The notes below the pieces were generated by a model that saw only the letters and a list, made by a program, of their open reading frames with translations, made no database searches and was not told where the DNA came from. A program made the translations under genes and the position numbers. From contig JALTLO010000180.1 of assembly GCA_027001995.1 (NCBI GenBank), positions 1 through 13,806 on the forward strand: 13,806 bases of DNA, read 5' to 3'. Below, in pieces: positions 1 through 7,587 of the stretch (its first letter is position 1; every line of letters starts with the position of its first letter). This DNA is from Planctomycetota bacterium. GTDB taxonomy: Bacteria > Planctomycetota > GCA-002687715 > DRQF01.

Positions 1-2
1 CG

Positions 3-650
3 GTGCGCGGTGAAGTCGGGGAGGACGTGGATGACGTCGAACGAGAATCGATGGCCCGGGCCTTGGTCGGAAACAGAGCTCACATGTTCACCTTGCTCGG
101 GGCGTTTCGAGCATGGGCCCGTTGTTTGGATCAAGCTCACATGGTTGGCCTCGTGCACCGTGAGATCGAACCTCGCAATTTGCGGATTGATACAGAAGGC
201 CACTGTGCCATTGGTGGCGCTGGTTTGTCTTGGCAAGGAACAGGCATCGACCCGAAACGGATGCGGGACTGGCGGCCTCACTGGTTGGCTCCCGAGATCG
301 TTGATTCCAATTGGGGTCATGTCACTTGGCTATCTGACGTCTATTCTTTGGCCCGAGGTCTGGCAGCATGCTTGTCGCTTCAGATGCCTTCATCTTTGGA
401 TGACCCAGAGGATGTATTGATGCGGATCGCTGTGGGGGACCGCACTTGGCTAGATTCATTACCGCTGAACTTGGATGCTGAGTTGCGGGACTTGATTGAC
501 CGGGCCACTTTCCCTGACCCTTCCCGCCGCCTCAAGAATTTGAAGCTCTTCGTCGAAAAAATGACGGCCCTCATCCCTGAGGACAAGGGCCGTGATTCTT
601 TGGGCTGGGCCGCTCGTATTTTTAGGCGGTCGCCCTCATCTGAATCTTGA
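3..650 (+). CDS. Ser/Thr protein kinase-like protein, C-terminal part (likely extends beyond the window 5' end); probable pseudokinase
   Basis: Kinase C-lobe motifs appear in order: AHMVGLVHREIEPRN (canonical HRDxKPxN), IGGAGLS (at the DFG position), WLAPE, SDVYSL, and DPSRR (subdomain XI Arg). The frame is open from the window edge. Confidence 0.8.
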   Translation: MRGEVGEDVDDVERESMARALVGNRAHMFTLLGAFRAWARCLDQAHMVGLVHREIEPRNLRIDTEGHCAIGGAGLSWQGTGIDPKRMRDWRPHWLAPEIVDSNWGHVTWLSDVYSLARGLAACLSLQMPSSLDDPEDVLMRIAVGDRTWLDSLPLNLDAELRDLIDRATFPDPSRRLKNLKLFVEKMTALIPEDKGRDSLGWAARIFRRSPSSES

Positions 651-651
651 A

Positions 652-1752
652 TTAATTCGACAATTCGAGAGGTGCTTCGTTTTCTCCGGCGTGGTTGCGC
701 ATGGAGATTGCTGAAGCAGATTGCTCTGCGATGTTGCGGAAGGCCAGGCGGACGGCTTCTGGGGTATCCTCTGCGATGACTGCTGGAGTACCATCGTCCC
801 CATGCTCCCGAATCTTCAAATTGATTGGGATGTTTCCTAAGAAACGAACTCCCAAATCATCGGCCCATTTGCGGGCACCGTCGTGGCCAAAAATGTGGCT
901 TTCGTGGTTGCATTCTGGACAGTGGAAGAAACTCATGTTCTCGACAATACCCAAGACCGGAACATTGGTTTCGCTGAACATGTTGTAGGCCTTCTTAGCG
1001 TCGATCATGGCGACGTCTTGGGGGGTGGTGACAATGACAGCCCCACTCACAGGAACAGTTTGCGTCATGGTGAGCTGGGCATCCCCGGTTCCTGGGGGCA
1101 GGTCGATGACCAGATAGTCCAATTCACCCCATTCGACTTGGCCAAAAAACTGCTGGAGAGCACCATGAATCATCGGCCCACGCCAGATCATGGCTTTTTC
1201 TGGTGGCACCAAGAATCCCATGGACATGACTTTGACCCCATTCCTCTCGAAGGGGAACATGCGAGCCTGGCCATTGGCGTCGGTGGTGGTCTTGGGCTGG
1301 CCTTGCCCCAAACCAAGCATATGGGGCATGCTTGGGCCGTAGATGTCAGCGTCTAAGATGCCGACTTTGGCTCCAGCTTCGGCCAAGGCGAAAGCTAAAT
1401 TGGCAGAAACCGTCGATTTACCCACGCCACCTTTGCCGGAAGCGACGGCAATAATGTTGCGAATTTTCATCGCTCCTTCCATGGGAACGGCTGCTCGAAC
1501 CTGCGCTGTCATCTCGATCGCGACGGATTTGACCCAAACCAGGGCAGAAACCGCGTCATGCGCTTGCTGTTTCAATAAATCTTTTACTGGACAGGCTGGG
1601 GTGGTTAACTCGATCTTGAAGGACAGGTCGCCTCCTTCGATGCTCATATCTTTGATGAAACCCAATTCGACGATATTTCGGTCGAGATCCGGGTCCATGA
1701 CGGTCGATAGCGCTTTCAGTACTTCTTCCTGATGCTCGTTTGCGGCGCTCAT
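652..1752 (-). CDS. mrp: Mrp/NBP35 (ApbC) family ATP-binding Fe-S cluster carrier with N-terminal DUF59/MIP18-like domain
   Basis: Motifs DPDL...LTTPACP, deviant Walker A GKGGVGKST, DADIYGPS, WRGPM, DLPPGTGD, ENMS and CPEC. Start moved to ATG 1752 because AAAAGGAG lies just upstream on the minus strand. Confidence 0.95.
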   Translation of the reverse strand: MSAANEHQEEVLKALSTVMDPDLDRNIVELGFIKDMSIEGGDLSFKIELTTPACPVKDLLKQQAHDAVSALVWVKSVAIEMTAQVRAAVPMEGAMKIRNIIAVASGKGGVGKSTVSANLAFALAEAGAKVGILDADIYGPSMPHMLGLGQGQPKTTTDANGQARMFPFERNGVKVMSMGFLVPPEKAMIWRGPMIHGALQQFFGQVEWGELDYLVIDLPPGTGDAQLTMTQTVPVSGAVIVTTPQDVAMIDAKKAYNMFSETNVPVLGIVENMSFFHCPECNHESHIFGHDGARKWADDLGVRFLGNIPINLKIREHGDDGTPAVIAEDTPEAVRLAFRNIAEQSASAISMRNHAGENEAPLELSN

Positions 1753-1932
1753 GGCGTCTCCTTTTGGCTGTTTTATGGCAAACCCGAAGGTTGGCAGAAG
1801 CTCAGATAACACCGGGGAGAGGGAAACCCTAACGCAAACACTTGAAAACCTGATCAGATTGGACTCTTATTGGGGTGTCAGGAATGCAGGGCCGATCTGG
1901 CCTGCCCCAATGATTCGAGGAAAACGTCCTTC

Positions 1933-3711
1933 ATGTCGTTTCGGTTGACCATATTCGTAGCTGGCAAGGAAGTCGGCGCAGAGACCTTAGAGATAGGGGA
2001 GTCCTATGTCGTAGGGCGGGAGTCTAAGTGCGATATTGTCGTGCCAGACCGCTCCGTGTCTCGGCGACACTGTGAACTGAGGGTCACGCAAGAGGGTGTT
2101 CGGGCCCACGATTTGAATTCTGCCAATGGGCTTTTTGTCGCAGGGCAGATCCAAAAAGACGTTCTTATGAGGGATGGTGTGGCGGTTGGGCTGGGAAATG
2201 CTCGCCTCGAAGTCGTTCGGCCCGTCACTCATACGGGCATGATTCCCATCACCGGCCTCCAAGAATTGATTGCCGCTGGGGGCGGGCCGGCGGAGGATCC
2301 CCTTTCCAGTATCTCCAGCTGGAGCGAGTCTTCCGATTCAGATAGTGCATTTGATGTCGATATCGGTCTCGCCACTGGGGTTGCCGACTCAAGGCCCGAC
2401 ACGGGAAGCAGCAATACGGTTGATTCCTCCATCTCTTTGACGCTCCATGGTGGAAGTCGAGAATACAAGACCATGGCGAAGGATCGCCTGGCCTTGTTGG
2501 TGGAGACCGGAAAGAGCTTGGGGCAGAGCTCGAATCTCGAAGAACTTTTGTCTCGTATCGTCGATCATCTTTTCGACATCCTCCCGGTTCGCCGGGCCGT
2601 GATCGCCTTGACTGATGATGGCGTGACATTTGTGCCTCGCAAAGTTATGCCGCTCCAGGATGGTGAAGATCTTTCGGCGGTGGCAAGTCAGAGCATTCTT
2701 CGTGGCGTTGCAGAGACTGGAGAAGGGCGCATTTTTGATGATGCTGCCAATGACCAAAAACTCAATGCCAATATGTCGATCATCATCTCGAACATTCGGG
2801 CGGCCATATGTGTCCCCATCATGTTCAATGGCCGTTGCATTGGCGCTATCTATGCTGACTATCCAGGTCGCCGGGGGCTTTACAAGCCAACGGACCTGGA
2901 GTTTTTGACGGCATTCGCGAGTATCGCTGCTGTTTCTCTTGAGAACTCGCGGATGGTTCGGGAGTTGCGACAGCAAGATCGCTTGCGACGTGATATGCAA
3001 GTTGCTGGTGATATTCAGAAAGGTCTTCTGCCCCAACAACTCGATGATTTTGAGAATTTCGAGATCGATTGGACCTACTGGCCATCATCCATGGTGGGCG
3101 GCGATTTCTTTGATGTCTTTGAGCTAGAAGATGGGCGCATTGCCGCGGTCTTAGGAGACGTTTCTGGCAAGAGTGTTCCAGCGGCTATCTATATGGCCAG
3201 AACATTGAGCATCTTGCGGGCGACGATCACTGCTTTTCCTGCCCCCGGCGAAGCCATGACACGGACGAACAATCTCTTGGGCGAGTCAGAGGGCCGTGTC
3301 CTTTTTGCCACGACGTTTATCATGCTTCTTGACTTGGAAACTCGCAATATTGAGTGGTGCAGCGCGGGTCACAATCCTGTTCTTATCAGAGATCCTGATA
3401 CGGGAGATATCACCAAACTGGAGGCCCAATCACCTCCCATTGGGGTCGTTCCCATGGTGCAATATGAAACCTATGAGATGCAGCTTAAGGCGGGCAATTA
3501 CATCTCGATTTATACGGATGGGTTGGTTGAAGCCCGAGACAAGGACGCTGTCGAATATGGTTTGGACAACGTTTATAAATTGATCGAAGAACACCATGCG
3601 GCGCCCCTCACTGAAATGACAGGTGCCATGATCAAAGCGATCCAAGAGCATATTGAAGATTCTCCCTACATCCGCGATGACGTTTGCATCTTGAACATTC
3701 GCATTCAGTAA
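1933..3711 (+). CDS. FHA + GAF + SpoIIE/PP2C-type Ser/Thr phosphatase
   Basis: FHA motifs GR...SVSRRH...DLNSANG; GAF region (AAICVPI...IGAIYAD...FLTAFASIAAVSLEN); PP2C motifs VGGDFFD, GDVSGK, SAGHNP, YTDGLVEA and DDVC are intact. ATG 1933 is preceded by GAGG. Confidence 0.93.
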   Translation: MSFRLTIFVAGKEVGAETLEIGESYVVGRESKCDIVVPDRSVSRRHCELRVTQEGVRAHDLNSANGLFVAGQIQKDVLMRDGVAVGLGNARLEVVRPVTHTGMIPITGLQELIAAGGGPAEDPLSSISSWSESSDSDSAFDVDIGLATGVADSRPDTGSSNTVDSSISLTLHGGSREYKTMAKDRLALLVETGKSLGQSSNLEELLSRIVDHLFDILPVRRAVIALTDDGVTFVPRKVMPLQDGEDLSAVASQSILRGVAETGEGRIFDDAANDQKLNANMSIIISNIRAAICVPIMFNGRCIGAIYADYPGRRGLYKPTDLEFLTAFASIAAVSLENSRMVRELRQQDRLRRDMQVAGDIQKGLLPQQLDDFENFEIDWTYWPSSMVGGDFFDVFELEDGRIAAVLGDVSGKSVPAAIYMARTLSILRATITAFPAPGEAMTRTNNLLGESEGRVLFATTFIMLLDLETRNIEWCSAGHNPVLIRDPDTGDITKLEAQSPPIGVVPMVQYETYEMQLKAGNYISIYTDGLVEARDKDAVEYGLDNVYKLIEEHHAAPLTEMTGAMIKAIQEHIEDSPYIRDDVCILNIRIQ

Positions 3712-3721
3712 CCTGTCCCTC

Positions 3722-3857
3722 CTCAATATTTGAGCCTGATATGTCGATAAGACTCTCCTAACGAGTCATTCATGGGATCGGCCGCGAGGTTGTGAATGAT
3801 TCGGGCTTCCGCCAAAACGACTTGGCCTGGAATTGACGAAGCAGGGGGGCTTTCGTG
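3722..3857 (+). promoter_or_regulatory. Structured 5' leader/intergenic region upstream of the methyltransferase
   Basis: Stem 3762-3772/3793-3803 carries an apical CGGCC-GCGA-GGTTG (GNRA) hairpin. Further hairpins lie at 3722-3734, 3751-3767, 3811-3826 and 3836-3856, the last covering the G-rich RBS and part of the GTG. Confidence 0.35.
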
Positions 3858-5156
3858 GATATTGTATTGAGGCATCAGATCGAGCGTTTACTTGAGAAAA
3901 GCAGTTCGGACTCAATGGGGCAGGTCCTCAATGAGTTGATGGTGGAGTTTCTCACCTGCAAGGGTTTTGTTGTTAGCGAGTTTGTCCGCGATGCTCTTTT
4001 GCAGACGCCTCGGCACACCTTTCTGCCTGGAGTCGATCTTCGCCACGCTTATCGAGACCAAGCTGTTACCACGGCCCAGAACGACGAAGGCTGGTTTGAG
4101 TCCAGTTGCTCGACACCCTCAATCGTTTGCACCATGCTGGAAGCCCTTGATCTGTCAGGCGCTCAGAGCATCTTGGAGTTGGGAGCTGGCACCGGCTACA
4201 CCTCAGCACTCATGGCCAGATGCGCCCCCCAAGCCAAGATTGTTACTTTGGAAGTTTTGGACGATATCGCTCAATCCACAGCAGCCCGCTTACAAGAAAT
4301 GGGGCTTTCATCTATTGAAGTACGGTCTGCTGACGGCTCCGATGGAAGCGCTGGTCCTGGTCCCTATGATCGCATCGTCCTGGCTTGTGGCGCATCAGAG
4401 ATCCCTACACATTTGGTGTCCATGCTGACCGAGGGCGGATTGATCGTGATCCCAATTGGGAGTTGTGTTTTTGTCTTTGAGAAGCGTCATGGCCAGCTCG
4501 TTGGGCGGCCATTGATCGTTGCCACCTTCATTGCTTACGCCAACGGCAAGCCACAATCGACTTGGCATAAGGATGGAGAAAAGAACATACTTTGGCCTCA
4601 TGGGATTGACTCAGCTTCCCATCGGCTTGGACCGCCTGATCATCAAACACCAGGACCTGGCATTCATTCGGAGCAAATTGCTTCTTGGCTTCTCTGGACT
4701 TCATTGACCTATCCCCATGCCATTCTGACGATGGCAGAGAAGGAGCGGGGTTGGGGATTCGGTTTGCACGACGAGAAAAAAGCGTCCACGGTTTTTTGTC
4801 GTATGGCTGGAGAGTTGCCATTCCGTCACTATGGGAATCGTGTGGAGGAGACGATGTTCGAATGTTGGGGTGATGTTGAAGTAAGCGAGAAATTTCTCGA
4901 AATTTCGGAGACCCTGGCAGACTTGGGCTGGCCTCGATTTGAGCGCCTAGTCATCACCGTTGGAGACAGAAAGGAAACCGAGATCTCCTTGGAAGCGAAT
5001 GAGTTTTCCGTGGGAGAACATGTGTGGCGCATCGAAATCTCAGGATTCGAAGTCCTGAATTCCGAAGTTGCCCCCGTGACCCAAGAGGCCCCCAGTCCCA
5101 CCGGTGTGAATGAAGAGTACGTTCTCACCGGGGCGGATGACAGATCGATCGACTAA
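3855..5156 (+). CDS. Protein-L-isoaspartate O-methyltransferase (PIMT)-like SAM-dependent methyltransferase with long C-terminal domain (FxLD/RiPP-associated type)
   Basis: PRHTFLP, SSCSTPSIVCTMLEAL, ILELGAGTGYTSALMA, ADGSDG...GPYDRI and GGLIVIP match the PIMT fold. About 200 extra C-terminal residues include an LGWPRFERLVITV segment. The start could alternatively be ATG 3915 or 3939. Confidence 0.85.
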   Translation: MDIVLRHQIERLLEKSSSDSMGQVLNELMVEFLTCKGFVVSEFVRDALLQTPRHTFLPGVDLRHAYRDQAVTTAQNDEGWFESSCSTPSIVCTMLEALDLSGAQSILELGAGTGYTSALMARCAPQAKIVTLEVLDDIAQSTAARLQEMGLSSIEVRSADGSDGSAGPGPYDRIVLACGASEIPTHLVSMLTEGGLIVIPIGSCVFVFEKRHGQLVGRPLIVATFIAYANGKPQSTWHKDGEKNILWPHGIDSASHRLGPPDHQTPGPGIHSEQIASWLLWTSLTYPHAILTMAEKERGWGFGLHDEKKASTVFCRMAGELPFRHYGNRVEETMFECWGDVEVSEKFLEISETLADLGWPRFERLVITVGDRKETEISLEANEFSVGEHVWRIEISGFEVLNSEVAPVTQEAPSPTGVNEEYVLTGADDRSID

Positions 5157-6032
5157 TGATTCCAGCCCTTGCCACGCTTTCATGGTATAGACCGGATCCA
5201 ATACGAGCCCGCATTCCTGGGCCAGCTGAATGAGCTGACGCCGCAGTCTTGTGTCACTGCGCCCATATCCTCGTCCTTTGAAACCATCGACGAAGTTCAG
5301 ATCTTGAACACAAAGTGAGAGCTCAGGTAGGTACTCCTTCTTGAGACCGTCAAGGATCTCTTCGGCAACTTGGCCAAAGTAGTCCTTGTCGTCACAGACG
5401 GTAATCCCATGGATTTTCCAGTTTTGTTCGAAGACGGCGTTACCCACGGCAAGTCCAACCAGGGTGCCTCCTGATCCAACGGCCACGACGACGTGATCAA
5501 ATTCGACAGAACTCTGTTGGGCAATTTCCTCCACTGCTTTCACATATCCAAAGCTTCCCAATGCATCGCTGGCACCGGTGGGAATCATGAATGCCTTGTG
5601 GCCTTTTTGTTGCCAGTCTTGTTTGGCCCGCTGAAAGAGTTTTTGGCGATCCTTGTATTGATGAAGGTCGATGTAGTTGATTTGAGCTCCGAGAATCCTT
5701 GTCAACAAGTGGTTGCCTAAATGCTGATCGGATTTGTCGCCCAATAGGAACAGCTGGCATTTTAGATTGAGTTGGGCGCAAAGAGCTGCCAAGGCCCGCC
5801 CGTGATTCGTCTGTGTCGCCCCACAACTGAGGATGACGTCGCAGCCCTCACTCAGGGCTTGGGCCAGGGAATATTCTAATTTGCGTACTTTGTTCCCGCT
5901 GGTGATGCCGCCGGTGAGGTCATCTCTCTTGACGAATAGATTGACCCCCAAGCGGGATGATGGAGCCTCCAATCGTTCGATTGGTGTGGGCAGTTGAGCC
6001 AAACTGAGTGGTTTTGGGGTTCCTGGTGTCAT
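5040..6032 (-). CDS. dcyD: D-cysteine desulfhydrase family PLP-dependent enzyme (ACC deaminase/DcyD family)
   Basis: Motifs LPTPIERL, KRDDLTG, GNKVRKLEY (PLP Lys), TNHGRA, GSGGT, LDPVYTMKA and FIHTGG. Thr in DPVYT and HTGG favours DcyD-like over AcdS (DPVYE/HLGG). Start placed at ATG 6032; ATG 6089 is an alternative. Confidence 0.85.
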   Translation of the reverse strand: MTPGTPKPLSLAQLPTPIERLEAPSSRLGVNLFVKRDDLTGGITSGNKVRKLEYSLAQALSEGCDVILSCGATQTNHGRALAALCAQLNLKCQLFLLGDKSDQHLGNHLLTRILGAQINYIDLHQYKDRQKLFQRAKQDWQQKGHKAFMIPTGASDALGSFGYVKAVEEIAQQSSVEFDHVVVAVGSGGTLVGLAVGNAVFEQNWKIHGITVCDDKDYFGQVAEEILDGLKKEYLPELSLCVQDLNFVDGFKGRGYGRSDTRLRRQLIQLAQECGLVLDPVYTMKAWQGLESLVDRSVIRPGENVLFIHTGGTGGLLGHGGNFGIQDFES

Positions 6033-6094
6033 GGTTTCTCTTGTCTCACTCACTGGTTTCGGGCTCGTCGGTGGATGATTCAAGGTCATGCCGA

Positions 6095-6123
6095 TTGAAG
6101 CCAAACGAGTCCCGCAATACTAT
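6095..6123 (+). promoter_or_regulatory. Sigma-70-type promoter for the moaD-moaE operon
   Basis: TTGAAG (6095-6100), a 17-nt spacer, then TACTAT (6118-6123). The moaD ATG begins at 6130. Confidence 0.6.
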
Positions 6124-6129
6124 GATGCC

Positions 6130-6375
6130 ATGAAACTCAACTTTCGTTTTCTTGGACGTTTCTCGGAAGATTTGGCTGGAATCGCCCTTCCTGAGGAATT
6201 TACCGAGGGTTTGGACGTCAAAGCCCTCAGATGTTTGGTCGCCGACATCGTTCCGTCATCTGCTCCCAGGATCCAATCGTGCATGATTGCCGTCAACACG
6301 GAGTATGTCGACAACAACCATGTCTTGGAGCCCGGTGATGAAGTGGCGTTCTTGCCACCGGTGAGCGGAGGATAG
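6130..6375 (+). CDS. moaD: Molybdopterin synthase sulfur carrier subunit (MoaD/ThiS family)
   Basis: 81 aa with IAVNTEYV...LEPGDEVAFLPPVSGG and a C-terminal Gly-Gly; directly upstream of moaE. Confidence 0.93.
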   Translation: MKLNFRFLGRFSEDLAGIALPEEFTEGLDVKALRCLVADIVPSSAPRIQSCMIAVNTEYVDNNHVLEPGDEVAFLPPVSGG

Positions 6376-6379
6376 CCAG

Positions 6380-6802
6380 ATGTCCAAGAAATACGAGCCA
6401 ATCATTCAAATCACTTCAGAGAAGATCGATGTCAGCGAGCATGTGGCTGCCTTGACCAAACCGGATTGTGGCGCAGTGCTGACTTTTCTGGGAGTCGTGC
6501 GTGATCATGGGGATGGTCATGCCGTCGAAGCGATTGATTACTCTTGCTATGAAGAAATGGCAGCTAAAGAGCTTGCAAAAGTGGCTCGGGTGTCGATGAT
6601 GAAGCACGGCGTCGAACATGTCGCCGTTGTGCATCGGGTTGGGCTCCTCAATGTTGGGGATGCAAGTCTGGGTTTGGTGGTTGCATCTCCTCACCGGGTT
6701 GAGGGTTTCGCCTGCGCTCAGATGCTCATTGATGAGATGAAGAAAACCGTGCCCATCTGGAAGAAGGAATTCGGACCGGATGGCACCAACTGGGTGGAAT
6801 AG
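6380..6802 (+). CDS. moaE: Molybdopterin synthase catalytic subunit
   Basis: Motifs CGAVLTFLGVVR, YEEMA, HRVGLLNVGD, SPHR and KKTVPIWKKE. A GGAGG SD lies within the moaD GG codons. Confidence 0.95.
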   Translation: MSKKYEPIIQITSEKIDVSEHVAALTKPDCGAVLTFLGVVRDHGDGHAVEAIDYSCYEEMAAKELAKVARVSMMKHGVEHVAVVHRVGLLNVGDASLGLVVASPHRVEGFACAQMLIDEMKKTVPIWKKEFGPDGTNWVE

Positions 6803-6804
6803 GC

Positions 6805-7587
6805 GTGGCGAAGAAAAACTGTGGCGGTTGTGGAAACCCGGTCAGCAAGAAGGCCAAGTTCTGCGAATCGTGTGGCTACAACCTCAAGAAGTCGCCCCCC
6901 AAGAAGAACACGCCCCCAGTCAGAATAGCGGAGCCTGAGCCGATTGACACCACCGCTAGTTATCTCGATGAATTCGAATCTCGGGAATCAGCTCAGCTCA
7001 GCCACGAGTACTTCGAGCGCCACATTGAGATCCTTTCGTCCTACCGCAAGCGACTAAAACAATTGGCGAAAGGACTGGATCGCCAAGAAAACCACTTGGC
7101 GGAATTGGCGGACGCCGCTTTCACTGAGACGCGCACCCGTGACATTCAGAAGACCTTAGAAGCAATTGAGGCAGTGGGGGACGAGTGGGAAGATTTGCAG
7201 TTAGCCTACAACGCCGATTCGGAAGTCCTGGATGAAGAGTTTCAGGAACGATTTGCAGAAATGGAAATGGACGTCGAATTGCCTGAAGACTTGCAAACGA
7301 AGATGGGGCGAGAGCTCGATGTCATGATGCGTTCATTTGACCGTATTGACGAGAGGATTGGCATCATTGGGACTTTGGGGAATCAGCTCATCAATCAAGC
7401 CTCTGGCCATTGGTTTGGGGATGGCGGCGGGGGCAGCAAGAAGGGGATTTTGCTCCTTATTGCTTTTATTGGGGCTGCCTTGAGCTTCCTTTTGCTGCGA
7501 TTTTTTCACGACACCGAGAATTCTGTCGCTCTCACCGGTGCCGCAGTTTCTTTGATTGTTCCAGTCTTGTTCATAAGTCGTTTCTAA
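6805..7587 (+). CDS. Zinc-ribbon protein with acidic coiled-coil and two C-terminal transmembrane segments
   Basis: N-terminal CGGCG...KAKFCESCG, a helical E/L-rich middle, and hydrophobic GILLLIAFIGAALSFLLL and VALTGAAVSLIVPVLFI at the end. GTG starts 2 nt after the moaE stop. Confidence 0.8.
   Translation: MAKKNCGGCGNPVSKKAKFCESCGYNLKKSPPKKNTPPVRIAEPEPIDTTASYLDEFESRESAQLSHEYFERHIEILSSYRKRLKQLAKGLDRQENHLAELADAAFTETRTRDIQKTLEAIEAVGDEWEDLQLAYNADSEVLDEEFQERFAEMEMDVELPEDLQTKMGRELDVMMRSFDRIDERIGIIGTLGNQLINQASGHWFGDGGGGSKKGILLLIAFIGAALSFLLLRFFHDTENSVALTGAAVSLIVPVLFISRF

Noticed and set aside
1753..1932. Longer ORF-track starts at 1812 (mrp) and 1870 (phosphatase)
   Set aside because: They are non-ATG starts whose extensions have no domain content. 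The downstream ATGs have SD motifs and coincide with the domain starts. The same reasoning applies to 6104, 6088 and 8433 (moaD at 6130 lacks an SD but fits a promoter).
2389..3039. 216-aa minus-strand ORF and other shadow ORFs (883-1356, 3967-4428, 8580-8990, 12083-12523 etc.)
   Set aside because: They lie within well-supported genes, in antisense or alternative frames, and have no motifs.
3741..3795. Tiny uORFs MSIRLS and MGSAARL
   Set aside because: They are too short, have no convincing SD and carry no regulatory codon runs.
5040..6032. ACC deaminase (acdS) call
   Set aside because: It has DPVYT and HTGG rather than the AcdS-diagnostic DPVYE and HLGG.
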